64,000 bases of DNA from Paraspadella gotoi (taxonomy: Eukaryota; Animalia; Chaetognatha), in the NCBI GenBank assembly GCA_051294375.1, contig CM119268.1, positions 13,027,770 to 13,091,769 of the forward strand, given 5' to 3'. The first letter of the stretch is position 1. Every line of letters begins with the position of its first letter. Below are positions 25,225-37,594 of the stretch, one piece after another. Position numbers and translations under genes: made by a program. The notes under the pieces are model-generated. The model did no database searches. It saw only the letters and a program-made list of their open reading frames with translations, and had not been told where the DNA came from.

Positions 25225-28200
25225 CAATTCAAAATGTAAACATTTTTCCATCCCGTCTCCAGATTTCCAGTGTCCCTTAACTTATTTCCTTTCGATCCTC
25301 TATGATTTCATCCAGAGTCCAACGACTTCATGCCATCGCAAGTCCTTCGCCAATTTGATCGTTCGATCCACCGATTTCGAGAAGGGTGAAATTCAATTGC
25401 GGTGTTGGTTACCCTCGATCCTTCCACACTTNNNNNNNNNNNNNNNNNNNNNNNNNNNNNNNNNNNNNNNNNNNNNNNNNNNNNNNNNNNNNNNNNNNNN
25501 NNNNNNNNNNNNNNNNNNNNNNNNNNNNNNNNNNNNNNNNNNNNNNNNNNNNNNNNNNNNNNNNNNNNNNNNNNNNNNNNNNNNNNNNNNNNNNNNNNNN
25601 NNNNNNNNNNNNNNNNNNNNNNNNNNNNNNNNNNNNNNNNNNNNNNNNNNNNNNNNNNNNNNNNNNNNNNNNNNNNNNNNNNNNNNNNNNNNNNNNNNNN
25701 NNNNNNNNNNNNNNNNNNNNNNNNNNNNNNNNNNNNNNNNNNNNNNNNNNNNNNNNNNNNNNNNNNNNNNNNNNNNNNNNNNNNNNNNNNNNNNNNNNNN
25801 NNNNNNNNNNNNNNNNNNNNNNNNNNNNNNNNNNNNNNNNNNNNNNNNNNNNNNNNNNNNNNNNNNNNNNNNNNNNNNNNNNNNNNNNNNNNNNNNNNNN
25901 NNNNNNNNNNNNNNNNNNNCCCCACTTTCTTATTCGCCACTCAATCTTCAATGATGACTGTCGTGTCCATTGAGTTGCGTGACATTAATATATCGTCTTT
26001 CAAATTTGTCATCGTCTCTCCAATTTCCCATCTCTTGATTCTCACATTTCTCATTTTATCTCACATTTCACCTCACATCTTATATCAGTTAAAAAACGGG
26101 TCCATCCTCCCGACCCCTAACCTCTTTTCCCTTCCAGACCCCGAAAAGTGAGTCGATCACATCGAAGATCACGACGTCGACTTCGTTAATCATCACAAAT
26201 GGAGTTTGACTCTGGTTTATCTCGCGGTCCGCCTCAGATTCCGGGGCCATCGGGGCTGGAGCGATAAGAGGCTGGAGCGAACGAGGCNNNNNNNNNNNNN
26301 NNNNNNNNNNNNNNNNNNNNNNNNNNNNNNNNNNNNNNNNNNNNNNNNNNNNNNNNNNNNNNNNNNNNNNNNNNNNNNNNNNNNNNNNNNNNNNNNNNNN
26401 NNNNNNNNNNNNNNNNNNNNNNNNNNNNNNNNNNNNNNNNNNNNNNNNNNNNNNNNNNNNNNNNNNNNNNNNNNNNNNNNNNNNNNNNNNNNNNNNNNNN
26501 NNNNNNNNNNNNNNNNNNNNNNNNNNNNNNNNNNNNNNNNNNNNNNNNNNNNNNNNNNNNNNNNNNNNNNNNNNNNNNNNNNNNNNNNNNNNNNNNNNNN
26601 NNNNNNNNNNNNNNNNNNNNNNNNNNNNNNNNNNNNNNNNNNNNNNNNNNNNNNNNNNNNNNNNNNNNNNNNNNNNNNNNNNNNNNNNNNNNNNNNNNNN
26701 NNNNNNNNNNNNNNNNNNNNNNNNNNNNNNNNNNNNNNNNNNNNNNNNNNNNNNNNNNNNNNNNNNNNNNNNNNNNNNNNNNNNNNNNNNNNNNNNNNNN
26801 NNNNNNNNNNNNNNNNNNNNNNNNNNNNNNNNNNNNNNNNNNNNNNNNNNNNNNNNNNNNNNNNNNNNNAAAAAAAAAAATCTAAATCCCAGATTCTAAA
26901 TCTTCTTCCATCCCGAAAAAACTCGGGGTGGAGAACAACATTTGGGAGAAATTGCTTCTCCTTTTCCTCTCAGAATGACGATCATAAAAATCGAGTTTGA
27001 AGATCATAAATCGGGAGAAAAACAATTTTTACGTCGGATTTTTAAAGAAGTCGAAAATGTAGTTCTAAAAATGTATTGAATGTAACGGAGCTATTTAAAA
27101 TATGGTTTAGAATTATATCTTCTTCGGTTGCAACCGGAATGAGTCCGGTCATAGTAATAATGAATTAATGACATTCTATGAAAGATGATTAAGTTTAAAA
27201 AGTTTTAAACATCAGATCTGGTTAAAAAAAAAATTTAAACTTTGAACCCCCTACTATTTCGCTTGTTTGTCGCCCTATTAATCAAAACTTAGGTTCATTC
27301 GAAAGCCAAAACAAAGATCTTTCATTCGAGACAATGCCAAGTTTTTTAGGCGAATTATATTAGAATCTGTGATAACATAGAAAAAAGAATCAAAATTTTG
27401 AGCGTTTTTTTGCTCATTGGTGTATTTAAGTTAAAAAAAGAAAAAGATAAAAAAAAAAAAGAAACTATGATTCGCTCTGCTTTTTATTTTTTTCAGTCGC
27501 CGTTGACTCCGACGACGCCGTCGAGGACGACGAAGGCGACGACGACGGCGACGACGGCAACGCCCTCTCGGTCCGTCGCGCCGGCGCCAACAAAGCAAAA
27601 GGCCGCGACAACAAAAGCCAAAACAACAACGACCGGAAACCTAAAGGTGACGTCAGTGCTCACAACAACAACCACAACAACGACAACGGGCGACAAAAAA
27701 CACAAAAGCCACAACAAAAAAGAGGAAAATCGGATTTTCACTCGGATACGTCATTTGACGACGACGACGACGACGACGACGAAAACGACGATTTAAGGCT
27801 GAAGGCGAGAGCTTCTCAGGTTCGATAAAGATGAAGGAATAAGGAATTACGTCAAACGCCCAGAAAATCATTATCTTTTCTCAACATCAGTTCGACTCTG
27901 ATTTATGCGCCAAGAATTATACCAGAGATTCTGTTACTATCAAGTACGTAATCTCTTGAAAATGATATTTAATAATGTTATGAATGAAAAAAAAAAGTAA
28001 AGAGAAATAAAAAAATCGACGGCTTGACAATATAGTCATCGCCGGAGACGTTTCGCATCCAGAAAGCAGCAACGCGGCGTCGGCGGCTGAGAGGCTGCTG
28101 CTGAAACTGCAGCAGCAGCCCATCGCTTCATCTTCTAAAGGGCGAGGCCTCTATCCTTTTCTTCTCGACCTGAATACTTACCACATTTTTTCTTTCCCCC

Positions 28201-28678
28201 TTCTTCCCGCTTTACATCATCTTCCTCTTCATCCGAGTCTCCTTTCCTTCTAGGTGCGAATCCCGGATGTAATTGCTTCACAATGGCTTCCACTCAGTAA
28301 TTGGCTCCGCAGTTATTGACACCAACTGTCGATTCGATCCATTCACTTTAACTTCATTTGAAAGAAGATGTAGGCCTTTGTCTAAATAAGTTGAATAATG
28401 AATACATTTACTGGTATTAAAATATGAATTACTTTTGGTTATGATATTCCAAAAAGGTGTAAAGAACTAAGTATCATAGCGTATGTAATAATTTTGATAT
28501 TTATATATTCATAGACCGAGAAGGAATTGTAGCGAAAGAGGTGAACATAAAAACGTTTTTAAAAGGGAAAAAAAAGAAAAAAAAGATTAAAAAGAAAAGA
28601 GAAGCTTAGGAAAAAAAGGGAAAGAAGGAAAGAGAAGAAACTGTTGACGAAGAAAAAAGGTTTTAAAGATTTAGGTTA

Positions 28679-28776
<98 letters not shown>

Positions 28777-31509
28777 AAGAATAAGACCGGGAGAGAGATA
28801 ATATTTTCTTTTCTAAATCGAAGAAAAACGTAAAATTGATTTGTCTCTAATTTTACAGAAATCGAAAACAAATAAACTGAAACAAAAATTTTCTAGTAAA
28901 TAGATATTAATAAGACGATAATTATATTTTGTAAACTGTTTTTGAATTAAAATAAAAAAAGGTAAACATAACAAAAAAGGAAGGAAAAAAGAGGAAAAAA
29001 GGAAAAAAGGAAAAAAAGGAGGAAGAAGACGACGAAGGTTAGAAAGCGAAGGGAAATTAAGGAGCAGAGTCTCTTGCTCGAGGTGAAATAGAAGAAGAAG
29101 AAGAAAAAGAAGAAGAAAAAGAAGAAGAAATAAAAATAGAAAAAGAAGATCAAGGATTTGCAGCCAAAATCTGATAAGAAAAAAATAAAGAAAAACGAAG
29201 AAAAAGAAATAGACAAAGAAAAAGAAAAAGAAGGAGAAAAAGAAAAAGAAAGGGAAAAAGAAAAAGAAAAAGAAAAAGAAAAAGAAAAAGAAATAGAAAT
29301 AGAAATAGAAAAAGGAAAAGACGATCAAGGATTCTCAGCCAAAATCTGAAAAAAAACGAAGATGACGACGACAAAAACAAATACAACTCGAGCCACATTA
29401 ACGGTGAAGAAACAAACGTCATAGCGACGAACACGAAGAAAACGAATACACTGCGACGCAATAAAAAAGATACTCTAGGTAGCTTTAAATATACCACAAT
29501 TTCTTTTTTAATTTTGGGAAAATATATATGAAAAGAATAGCTCTTTTAAAGAGCTATCCATTGGTGCAAGAAAGATTTGAATAAGTACTGGCAGTAGAAT
29601 ATTGCAAGACTTTAAAGTTTAAAAATGGAATTGAGAAAAAATAATTTCCAAAGGTTAGTACTGATGACATTTCTTTTTCTGACTGATGTTTACAATATAG
29701 AATTAACAAAATCATAATGGAATTAAACATATAAAAGGGATGGCAATAAATTTATATTACTTTTTTATAAAAATATTTTTTAATTGCTGCCAAATATGGC
29801 ATTTTAATTTTTTTAATTATCTCAAAATCAAAACATAATTTTATGATATTGAAATTTGAAATTAACTTTGGGTAAGTTATCACTCAACTGCTTTTTCTTT
29901 ATTTTTAAAAGATTGTTTCTCTATATAGTTTCCTTACTTATTTTTAATATGATTTAGGTTGAAAATAGTTGACACCTATCCTTACAGATATTTGAGGCTG
30001 AATTTGTTCAGCAAATTTCATATTATAAATATATATAATAAGGAAAAGTTAGTGACTCTTCTTGATTAAAATTAATCGCTTTATCTTTCAATAAGCTTTG
30101 TTTTATGTTTCTATATCTCAGTAAGTTTCATCCATCCAATATAGTTTTTTTTCGGTGTGAAAGAAGTGTCTTCTTTTTTTTGGGCCGCAGTGTACGTCAG
30201 AGATGACGACAAAAAGGTCGATCTCGAAAACAACTGAAAGGAAAACAACAACGACAACCGAAACGGAGACAACAACAACAACAACAACGGAAACGTCGCC
30301 AACTGAATCTTATCGGGTTTTTGTTGATTTCAGGGTTCGTTGCTTCGCCGTCGGAAGGCGGCGCCGCGCATGTAAACAAAAGCGCAAAGTACGACGCCGA
30401 AGCCAACTCAGAGACGCTTGGTGGCGTTGAAGCGGCTCCGGGCGCGCCGGTCGACCCTGGCTCTGATGGAATTGAAAAAAAAGCTGAAACCGCCCACGAC
30501 GACGAGGTCGAGTTTGCCCGCATTGATGACAGCGTCGACGCCGCCAACGTTGTCGCCATTCGCGCCGCAGACATCGACGACGCCATCGCTTCCACCGACG
30601 ACGATTCCAAAGCCGAATTGACGAGCGAAGCGACTTCCGCCGGCGACGAAGACGAAAAGGTCATTTCGAAAAGAATATCGAATCAAAATAAACAAAAGGC
30701 AAAAGAATTGAAAAGGAAAACAATGGAGGAAAGAGAGAAAAGAAAAAGAAAGATTTGGAAAAGGAAAGGAAAAGCGAACGATCGGGAGGAGGGAGGAAGA
30801 GGAAGAGGCAAATGTTAAGGATGTGAAGTTAAATACGACGTCATTGAAGTTAAAAATGACGACAATGAAGTCAAACGAGACGATAACGATCTCAAACGTG
30901 GTTCCAATTAAATTTGACGCTAATTATGTCAAACGTGACTCTATTTCAAAACGTCAACAATAATGCCTTTAAAATCTATTGTGACGTCGCTACAGATAAC
31001 CGAGACGCCGCCACGAACGATCGCCGCGCCATCCGCGACGAATTCGAAGTCAACGCTCTTATCGATTTCCGAGAAAAACTCACTTCCGAATAAAAAAAGA
31101 GCAAAAATCGAGGGCGACGAAAATCCGCGGGTCGATAAAACCGGCGTCGTCGGCTTCCACGTCGACGGCGTCGTTTCTTCGGCTGCCGGCGCCGCGGCGT
31201 CTACCTTTCTTATCGATTCAGCGGCTTCTTCTTTTTCTACTTCTTCTTCTTCCTCCTCCTCCTCCTCCTCCTCCTCCTCCTCCTCCAGGGTGATGTCGTT
31301 CGACGGCGCGACGCCCTCTAACGACGCCGATTCTTCCAAAGACGGGGTCGTAACCGCGATCTCCACGCCCACCGTCTTAGCGATGGCGACGTCATCCTCT
31401 GCCGGCGTCGATCGCGCGAACTCTACTGGCGGAAAACCCTCTTGCGGGGAAAAAACGAAACGAAAAACTCTTTCGTTGACTTTCGAACAATTGAGCAACG
31501 TGTTCGATG
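23733..31509 (+). CDS. Probable multi-exon gene for a large low-complexity/disordered protein; candidate exons 23733-24188, 27497-27819, 30334-30659, 30996-31509, possibly also ~28020-28140 and ~29010-29478
   Basis: GC-rich islands with acceptors (catttcag, tttttcag, gatttcag, gctacag) and GT donors. Phases are compatible for 24188/27497 (phase 1, giving VAVDSDDAVEDDEG...DDDDENDDLRLKARASQ) and 30659/30996 (phase 0). No folded domain recognised; truncated by the gap at 31510. Confidence 0.45.
23755..23862 (+). repeat. 27-bp coding-compatible tandem repeat x4 encoding PAPQRPPTL
   Basis: ccagcgccgcaaagaccgccaacgctt repeated within the candidate exon 23733-24188. Confidence 0.9.
25432..26869. 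other. Two sized assembly gaps (25432-25919, 26288-26869)
   Basis: N runs. Further gaps at 31510-31534, 47976-48000, 49468-49492 and 62700-62724 (each exactly 25 N), and 63499-63712. Confidence 1.
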
Positions 31510-32256
31510 NNNNNNNNNNNNNNNNNNNNNNNNNATGGCGAATTATGAAATATGAAATTAGATAAGCATAAATTGTGACGAGAGTTGATCAGGAACATTA
31601 TAACAGGGTGATATATCTGTAAGAGAATGGTTAGTAGTCATCTCAATGAAAGGAAGCCATAAAATTTGACAGAAAGCGACGGAGTGAGCAAGAGTTTTCT
31701 AGAAAGGCCAGCAGGTCTCGTTCAAGCAGAAACTGAAGTCTTGTGGAAAAAAAGGAAGTTGGTCTGATGTGGATTATAAAGTTGGAAATCGAAGCAGGTT
31801 GGCTGATGCCACTGGCCGTCTAATAGGCAATCAGTAGCTGAAGCGAAGTCTTCTAGATTCAGTCGTGTTCCTTGGAGCCAGATGGCATGTTTTGTTTGCC
31901 CAACTCGGCCAGGCGGTTGAGTTTTATGACAAACGAGACGAGAATCACGTTGGCCCAATTTTGGTGCTTTTGCAGGAAATCGCCAGCGGAGGAGGAAGGA
32001 AGAATGAAAAAAGGGAGGGATGAGATAAGGAGAAAAAAGAAGAGGAAAAGAAGAAGGGATGAAGGAGGAAGTAATGGAAAGAAAGTATAGAAAGGAAGAT
32101 GGGAAGAGAGGAGAGAAAAAAGTTAATTGAACTAAGTGAGAAAAAATTATAAGTGAAACAAAAAAAGGAAAGGAAGAAAGAAGAAAGAAAAAAATTAAAG
32201 CGGAAGTAAGAGTGAAAGGAATAATTAAAAAGAAAAAGGGAAATAAAAAAAGAGAC

Positions 32257-32333
<77 letters not shown>

Positions 32334-32972
32334 AGACACCCTATTTCATGATTCTTTTTACAATCCATTTGGTCTTGTTGATCTTGCTCACATTCTGCGA
32401 GTCTAGGCCGCATAAATCTTGAACCATTAACCCCGCCGCTTCGAACCGGATTCGCCACAACCCCATCCCGCCCTCCGGCGAACCCCGATCACAGTTCGCC
32501 GGCATTCACTGCGAGAAAAGGGGCTGTGGAGAGGGGGGTAGAAGGGAGAGGGGGGGACAATCGAAACGAGGCCGGGAGCAGCAGCAACATTAACGGAATA
32601 CATTAGTAGTAATCACCGTCAGTTACAATGATGGCGGCTGTGATGGCATCGACCTAGAGGGAGTTCGCGTCTCAAAGGTCTTCTCACTTCTGGATTCCTC
32701 TTCTTTTCTTTTTTTTTTTTTCTTTTCTTTTATCTTTTCTCCTTTCATTGTCTTCTTTTCTCTTTTTCTTTTCATTCTCAGCCTTTCTCTTTCTTGTACC
32801 CTATTCTTTTCTCAATATATTTTCTTCTTTCGTTTTTTTGTTTCTTCTCTTTTCTATTTTTTTTTATAATTTTTATTCCTTTTTAGTTGCGTTTTTCTTG
32901 TCAGAGATGTAAGATTTTACTACAAGTTTGTTGTACGTAATTTTCATACTTATATAATTACGGAACACGAAC

Positions 32973-33722
32973 CATCACGCATAAATGCGGGTATATTTTT
33001 TCGCAATCGAGTAAACAAAAAGATTTCGGAATCTTCTTTAACCGTTTTTTTAAATTTCAGATTTTTTTTAAATTTCTTTTTCCTTAATTTTTTTCTTTTT
33101 TTTCTCAATTCTTTTTTCTCAATTTTTTTTTTCAAACAATTAATTCCTAATTACTATTGCATAAAAAGGTTTTTATTCAATACGTTCATACAAAATATCG
33201 AGATTGGTTTATTTTATTAAAAATGTCATTTCGAAATTCAAATCATTTCAAATCAGATGAAAAGGATGAAAATCAAAGAGAGAGACAGTGAGAGAGAGAG
33301 AGAGAGAGAAAGAGAGAAGAGAGACTCTCTAGAACTTCTTCAAGTTCAAAGCAAACATCTTGTAAGGTATAGTTTGCCGCTAAAAAACCATTGTCAGCAG
33401 AATATTGAGTCCGGCTATCAATAGAATCTAAATTTATGATAAAAGACAGAATTTATCGAAAAGGAAAGTAAAAACAACTAAATATGTTCTCAAAGATTTT
33501 CAAGAAGACTGTTCTCATTTTGTGCGGCCATACCGTGAGACATATCCATGAATTTCAGTAACGAGTTGAAAGGTCATTTCATCCTCTTGATTCGCCGTAT
33601 GGAACGAAAAATTTGTTCAGGGAAAATCATAAAATGAAGAAAATATCACTTAATTCGCGAATTCCCAACGCGGTAAACGTTTAAATTATTCCTTTTCGGT
33701 TTACCCCATTTTATGCGTGATG
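32973..33722. mobile_element. 750-bp MITE-like insertion with ~21-bp TIRs and no evident TSD
   Basis: Begins catcacgcataaatgcgggta and ends taccccattttatgcgtgatg. The homologous sites at ~40450 and ~54965 are empty (cacgaac/aaatatgg). Confidence 0.8.
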
Positions 33723-34806
33723 AAATATGGTCACGTGACCCAATCGTCAATATTTTTTTTGTCTCTCTCTCTCTTTTTCCTTTCTTTTCTTTTCTTTTTT
33801 TGTCTCTCTCTCTCTTTTCCTTTCTTTTCTTTCCTTTTTTGTCTCTCTCTCTCTTTTCCTTCTTTTCTTTCCTTTTTTGTCTCTCTCTCTCTTTTCCCTG
33901 CTTTTCTTTCCTTTTTTTTGTCGTTTCGTGTCGCGTTCCAAAGAAGAACAATCGTTTGCAAGAGACAGGCTCAACCACTTTCGCTCCACGGATTAAAACA
34001 TTAAAAGTTTTCCTTAAATCTCCTGTTTTGTTTTTTGTTTCGTTTCGAATTGTTTCTTTTTTTCTCCGGTGCTTATAGTTCCGATTGTTTCGGTTTTGTT
34101 TTAGAAATGGAAGTGATGGAAGTGAAGGAAAAAAGAACCGAGACGGAGAAAACGAGATGAAGACAGAGAGACAGACAGACGGAGAGGTAAATTTAATAAT
34201 TCTCCCAACTTGATTAATCACCGAACGAAAAGGCTCGTCGTTTTGACGCCTCCACATTCGCGCTTATGACAAATGACTCATCACAAAGTTTCTGTGCCGT
34301 TAGGTTTTTTTTTAGTTGCGCCTCGATTACTCGGTGGTCAGTCTATTGGCCTGTCCTACTTATGTTTAAAAAGTTCATTACCCGCCTAATACGGCATCGT
34401 TTAGAATAATACTTGGCAGAAAGATTTTGTGCCATTAAAAACTTAATGTGCATATGTTTAATACTTGTGCGGTCACGTGATTATATGCAAAAGCCGGGTA
34501 AAAATTTAAAGCAACACCTTCAACTTATCGGTTCTGGTTTTTTGATCGATCTCATCTCATCTCATCTCATCTCATCTCATCTCATCTCATCTCTTCTCAC
34601 GTTGAAATCCGGAATCGCGAATCCATCGATCCTTGTATTCGCTTCGTCTCCAAGCCGCGTCAACGTCCCAGGCGGCGTCGTTCGTCAGTGGCGAGAAAAT
34701 CGACTTCCGGAAGGGGGCGTCTGGGGAAATAGAGAAAAAGGGGAGGAAGAAAGTGGGAGGGTCAGATATGGGATGGTAATTGGGAGAAAGGGGAAATGGA
34801 GGAGAG

Positions 34807-34898
<92 letters not shown>

Positions 34899-35099
34899 CG
34901 AAAAGATGACGTGGGCGGAACCAAAAAAATGAGTGACGGGAGATAATTATCGAAAGAAAAAGAAATAAAAAAGAAAATTAAAAAAAGGAATTTCTTTTTG
35001 TTTAATGAATCGAAGGAAAAAAGACTCGAGTCTAAATAAGAAAAAGCAAAAATCGAAAAAGAAAAAAAAGTTTAAAAAAGAGAGAAAAGATGAGTCCTA

Positions 35100-35250
35100 G
35101 GTCGCCGCCGCCGCCGCCCCGCCGCCGCCGCCCCCGCCGCGGCCGGCAACGCCCACGCTTCTGACGTCAAAACGAGACGCCGGCTGACGTCATCCTCGCC
35201 AGCGCGACCCCGAATTTCCGGTCGCCTCTAGGTGTCGGTGATTTTGCGGG
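35100..35250. promoter_or_regulatory. GC-rich promoter-like island: (GCC)n/GC boxes, two CRE palindromes, ETS-like site; copies at ~38940-39095 and ~56280-56427
   Basis: TGACGTCA at 35162 and 35185; atttccgg (CCGGAAAT on the minus strand) at 35214; ccgccc runs. Confidence 0.4.
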
Positions 35251-35639
35251 TGAATATTTTCTGGTGGTGGTGGATAATATTTAGAGAGTGGTGAAAGGTT
35301 TTGCATTGGTGGTGGTTGTTAGATTGACTGTAAAGTCGAGATGGGTCTGGATTTGTGAGCCAGTCTAGCGCACCGAAAGCGCCGCCGCCAGCGCCGCCGC
35401 CAGCGCCGCCGCCGCCAGCGCCACCGACAGATTCGACTTGTTTTCGTCGGCGACGCTTCTGCCATCATTAACTCGTCGTCATTTGATCGATGATGTTTGG
35501 TCTTTTGATGTCACGGCGGCGGCGGCGCTCCATTCGAAAAGATGGCGCTGCGCCATTTTAAAAGATCACGATACGCCATTTGAAAAGATGGTGGCCCCTA
35601 ATTTGACAAAATGGCACTACGCAATTCCAGAAGATAACG

Positions 35640-35850
35640 CCGCGCCATCTTACCCCCGCCATTCGAGAATATTGCGCTGCGCCATCTCCCACGCCATTCG
35701 AGAACATGGCGCTGCGCCCATATTCCCCCGCCATTCGAGAATATGGCTTTGCGCCATCTTCCCCCGCCATTCGAGAATTGGCGCTGCGCCAGCTCTCACG
35801 CCAATCGATTATATGGCGCTGCGCCATCTCCCACGCCATTCGCGAGAATC
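35640..35850. repeat. ~35-bp palindromic minisatellite (CGCCATTCGAGAATATGGCGCTGCGCCATCTTCCC) x5-6; mirrored at ~38340-38550
   Basis: Units are directly adjacent with no unique spacers. Each contains ATGGCGC-T-GCGCCAT and CGCCAT..ATGGCG inverted motifs. Confidence 0.9.
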
Positions 35851-36598
35851 GATCATTCGAAAACCTGGTTCTCTCTTCTTCTCCTTCATCAACTTGCGAG
35901 CGACGAGTTGGACGAGATATTCCTTCTGTCGACGGAAGGCGTCGCGACGCGCGTCTGGAAATAAAAAAAAAAACAAATGTGCATCTTACAATATGTAAAA
36001 AATAACATGAAAATTTTTAAAAAATTACTTGTTCTACTGTGTATATTTTGAAAATTTGTACAACCAAAACCATTTTAGATAGGCTAAATTATATTTTAAA
36101 ATTAAATGTTAGATATATATGAAAATAAGAATCTTAATAACGAATGGGGAGAGGGATGTTCGTTTTACAGCTTTGGAAATAAAGGGACCATCTATACAAC
36201 ACAAGGATTGAATGCTTTCTGCTGCGGGTTCTTATTAGTCATTATACAATATATATCGTTTCTTGTCAGAAAGATATTTATTGTTAAAACAAATTGATAA
36301 TATAAAAATAAATAAATTCTAGATTACGGAAGGTTCATACAATTTTTTTTAGTTTTTTAAAACGAGATGAAGTTAATAAACTTATCAAGAAATTTTGTTA
36401 GCAAAAAACAAAAGTTTAACGTTAAATTTTATTTTTAATTCATTTTTCACTCGAGTTTTTGAAGGAAAAAGAAATTTCGCGTCACTGGGAATTAAATTTC
36501 ATTTTTTTAAAGGGACTAAAAAGGATTCTCTTATCGCGAGGATGTCGTGCAGATTTGGAAACTCACACTCACTTTTCATTTCGTGTGTGTGTGCGTGT

Positions 36599-36691
<93 letters not shown>

Positions 36692-36791
36692 CTATTACCG
36701 ATTCGGGGTTTTGGTTGGAGGATTTTGCGTCGATATTCAGTCGATTTTTTCTTTGAAGGAAGAAGAGAAGCTTAAGAAAAAAGTGGAAAGA

Positions 36792-36891
<100 letters not shown>

Positions 36892-37297
36892 TCATAATAA
36901 AGATTCGCTTATTTTGTGAGTGGGTTTGAGTCATAATTTACCTTCCAAACCATCAGTTTCTTCACTCCGCCCCGCCTCTTTCTCTTCTTTTTCCTCTCTC
37001 CTTTTCTCCTTCTCCCTCTCCTCTCCCTCTCTTCCCTCTCCTCTCCGCCCTCTACCTCTTCCTCTCCCTCTCCGCCCTCTCCGCCCTCTACCCGAGGCCC
37101 TTCACTCGCTCTCTTCTTCCACAAGAGGTAGAGGGCGGAGAGGGAGAGGGAAGAGAGGGAGAGGGAGAGGGAGAAGGAGAAAAGGAGAGAGGAAAAGAGG
37201 AAGAGAAAGAGGCGGGGCGGAGTGAAGAAACTGATGGTTTGGAAGGTAAATTATGACTCAAAACCCACTCACAAAATAAGCGAATCTTTTATTATGA

Positions 37298-37398
<101 letters not shown>

Positions 37399-37499
37399 AT
37401 CTTTCCACTTTTTTCTTAAGCTTCTCTTCTTCCTTCAAAGAAAAAATCGACTGAATATCGACGCAAAATCCTCCAACCAAAACCCCGAATCGGTAATAG

Positions 37500-37594
<95 letters not shown>

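Noticed and set aside
24962-27000. Long ORFs of 180-330 aa
   Set aside because: They are artefacts of translating through N gaps.
30191-30320. In-frame TGA codons in an Asn/Asp-rich frame (possible stop reassignment or readthrough)
   Set aside because: An alternative Thr-rich frame is open, and the RPTP uses TGG for Trp and ends in TGA. Indel error or a non-coding tract is the simpler explanation.
35640-35850. Palindromic ~35-bp repeats suggestive of a CRISPR array
   Set aside because: Units are contiguous with no unique spacers, there are no cas genes, and the context is eukaryotic.
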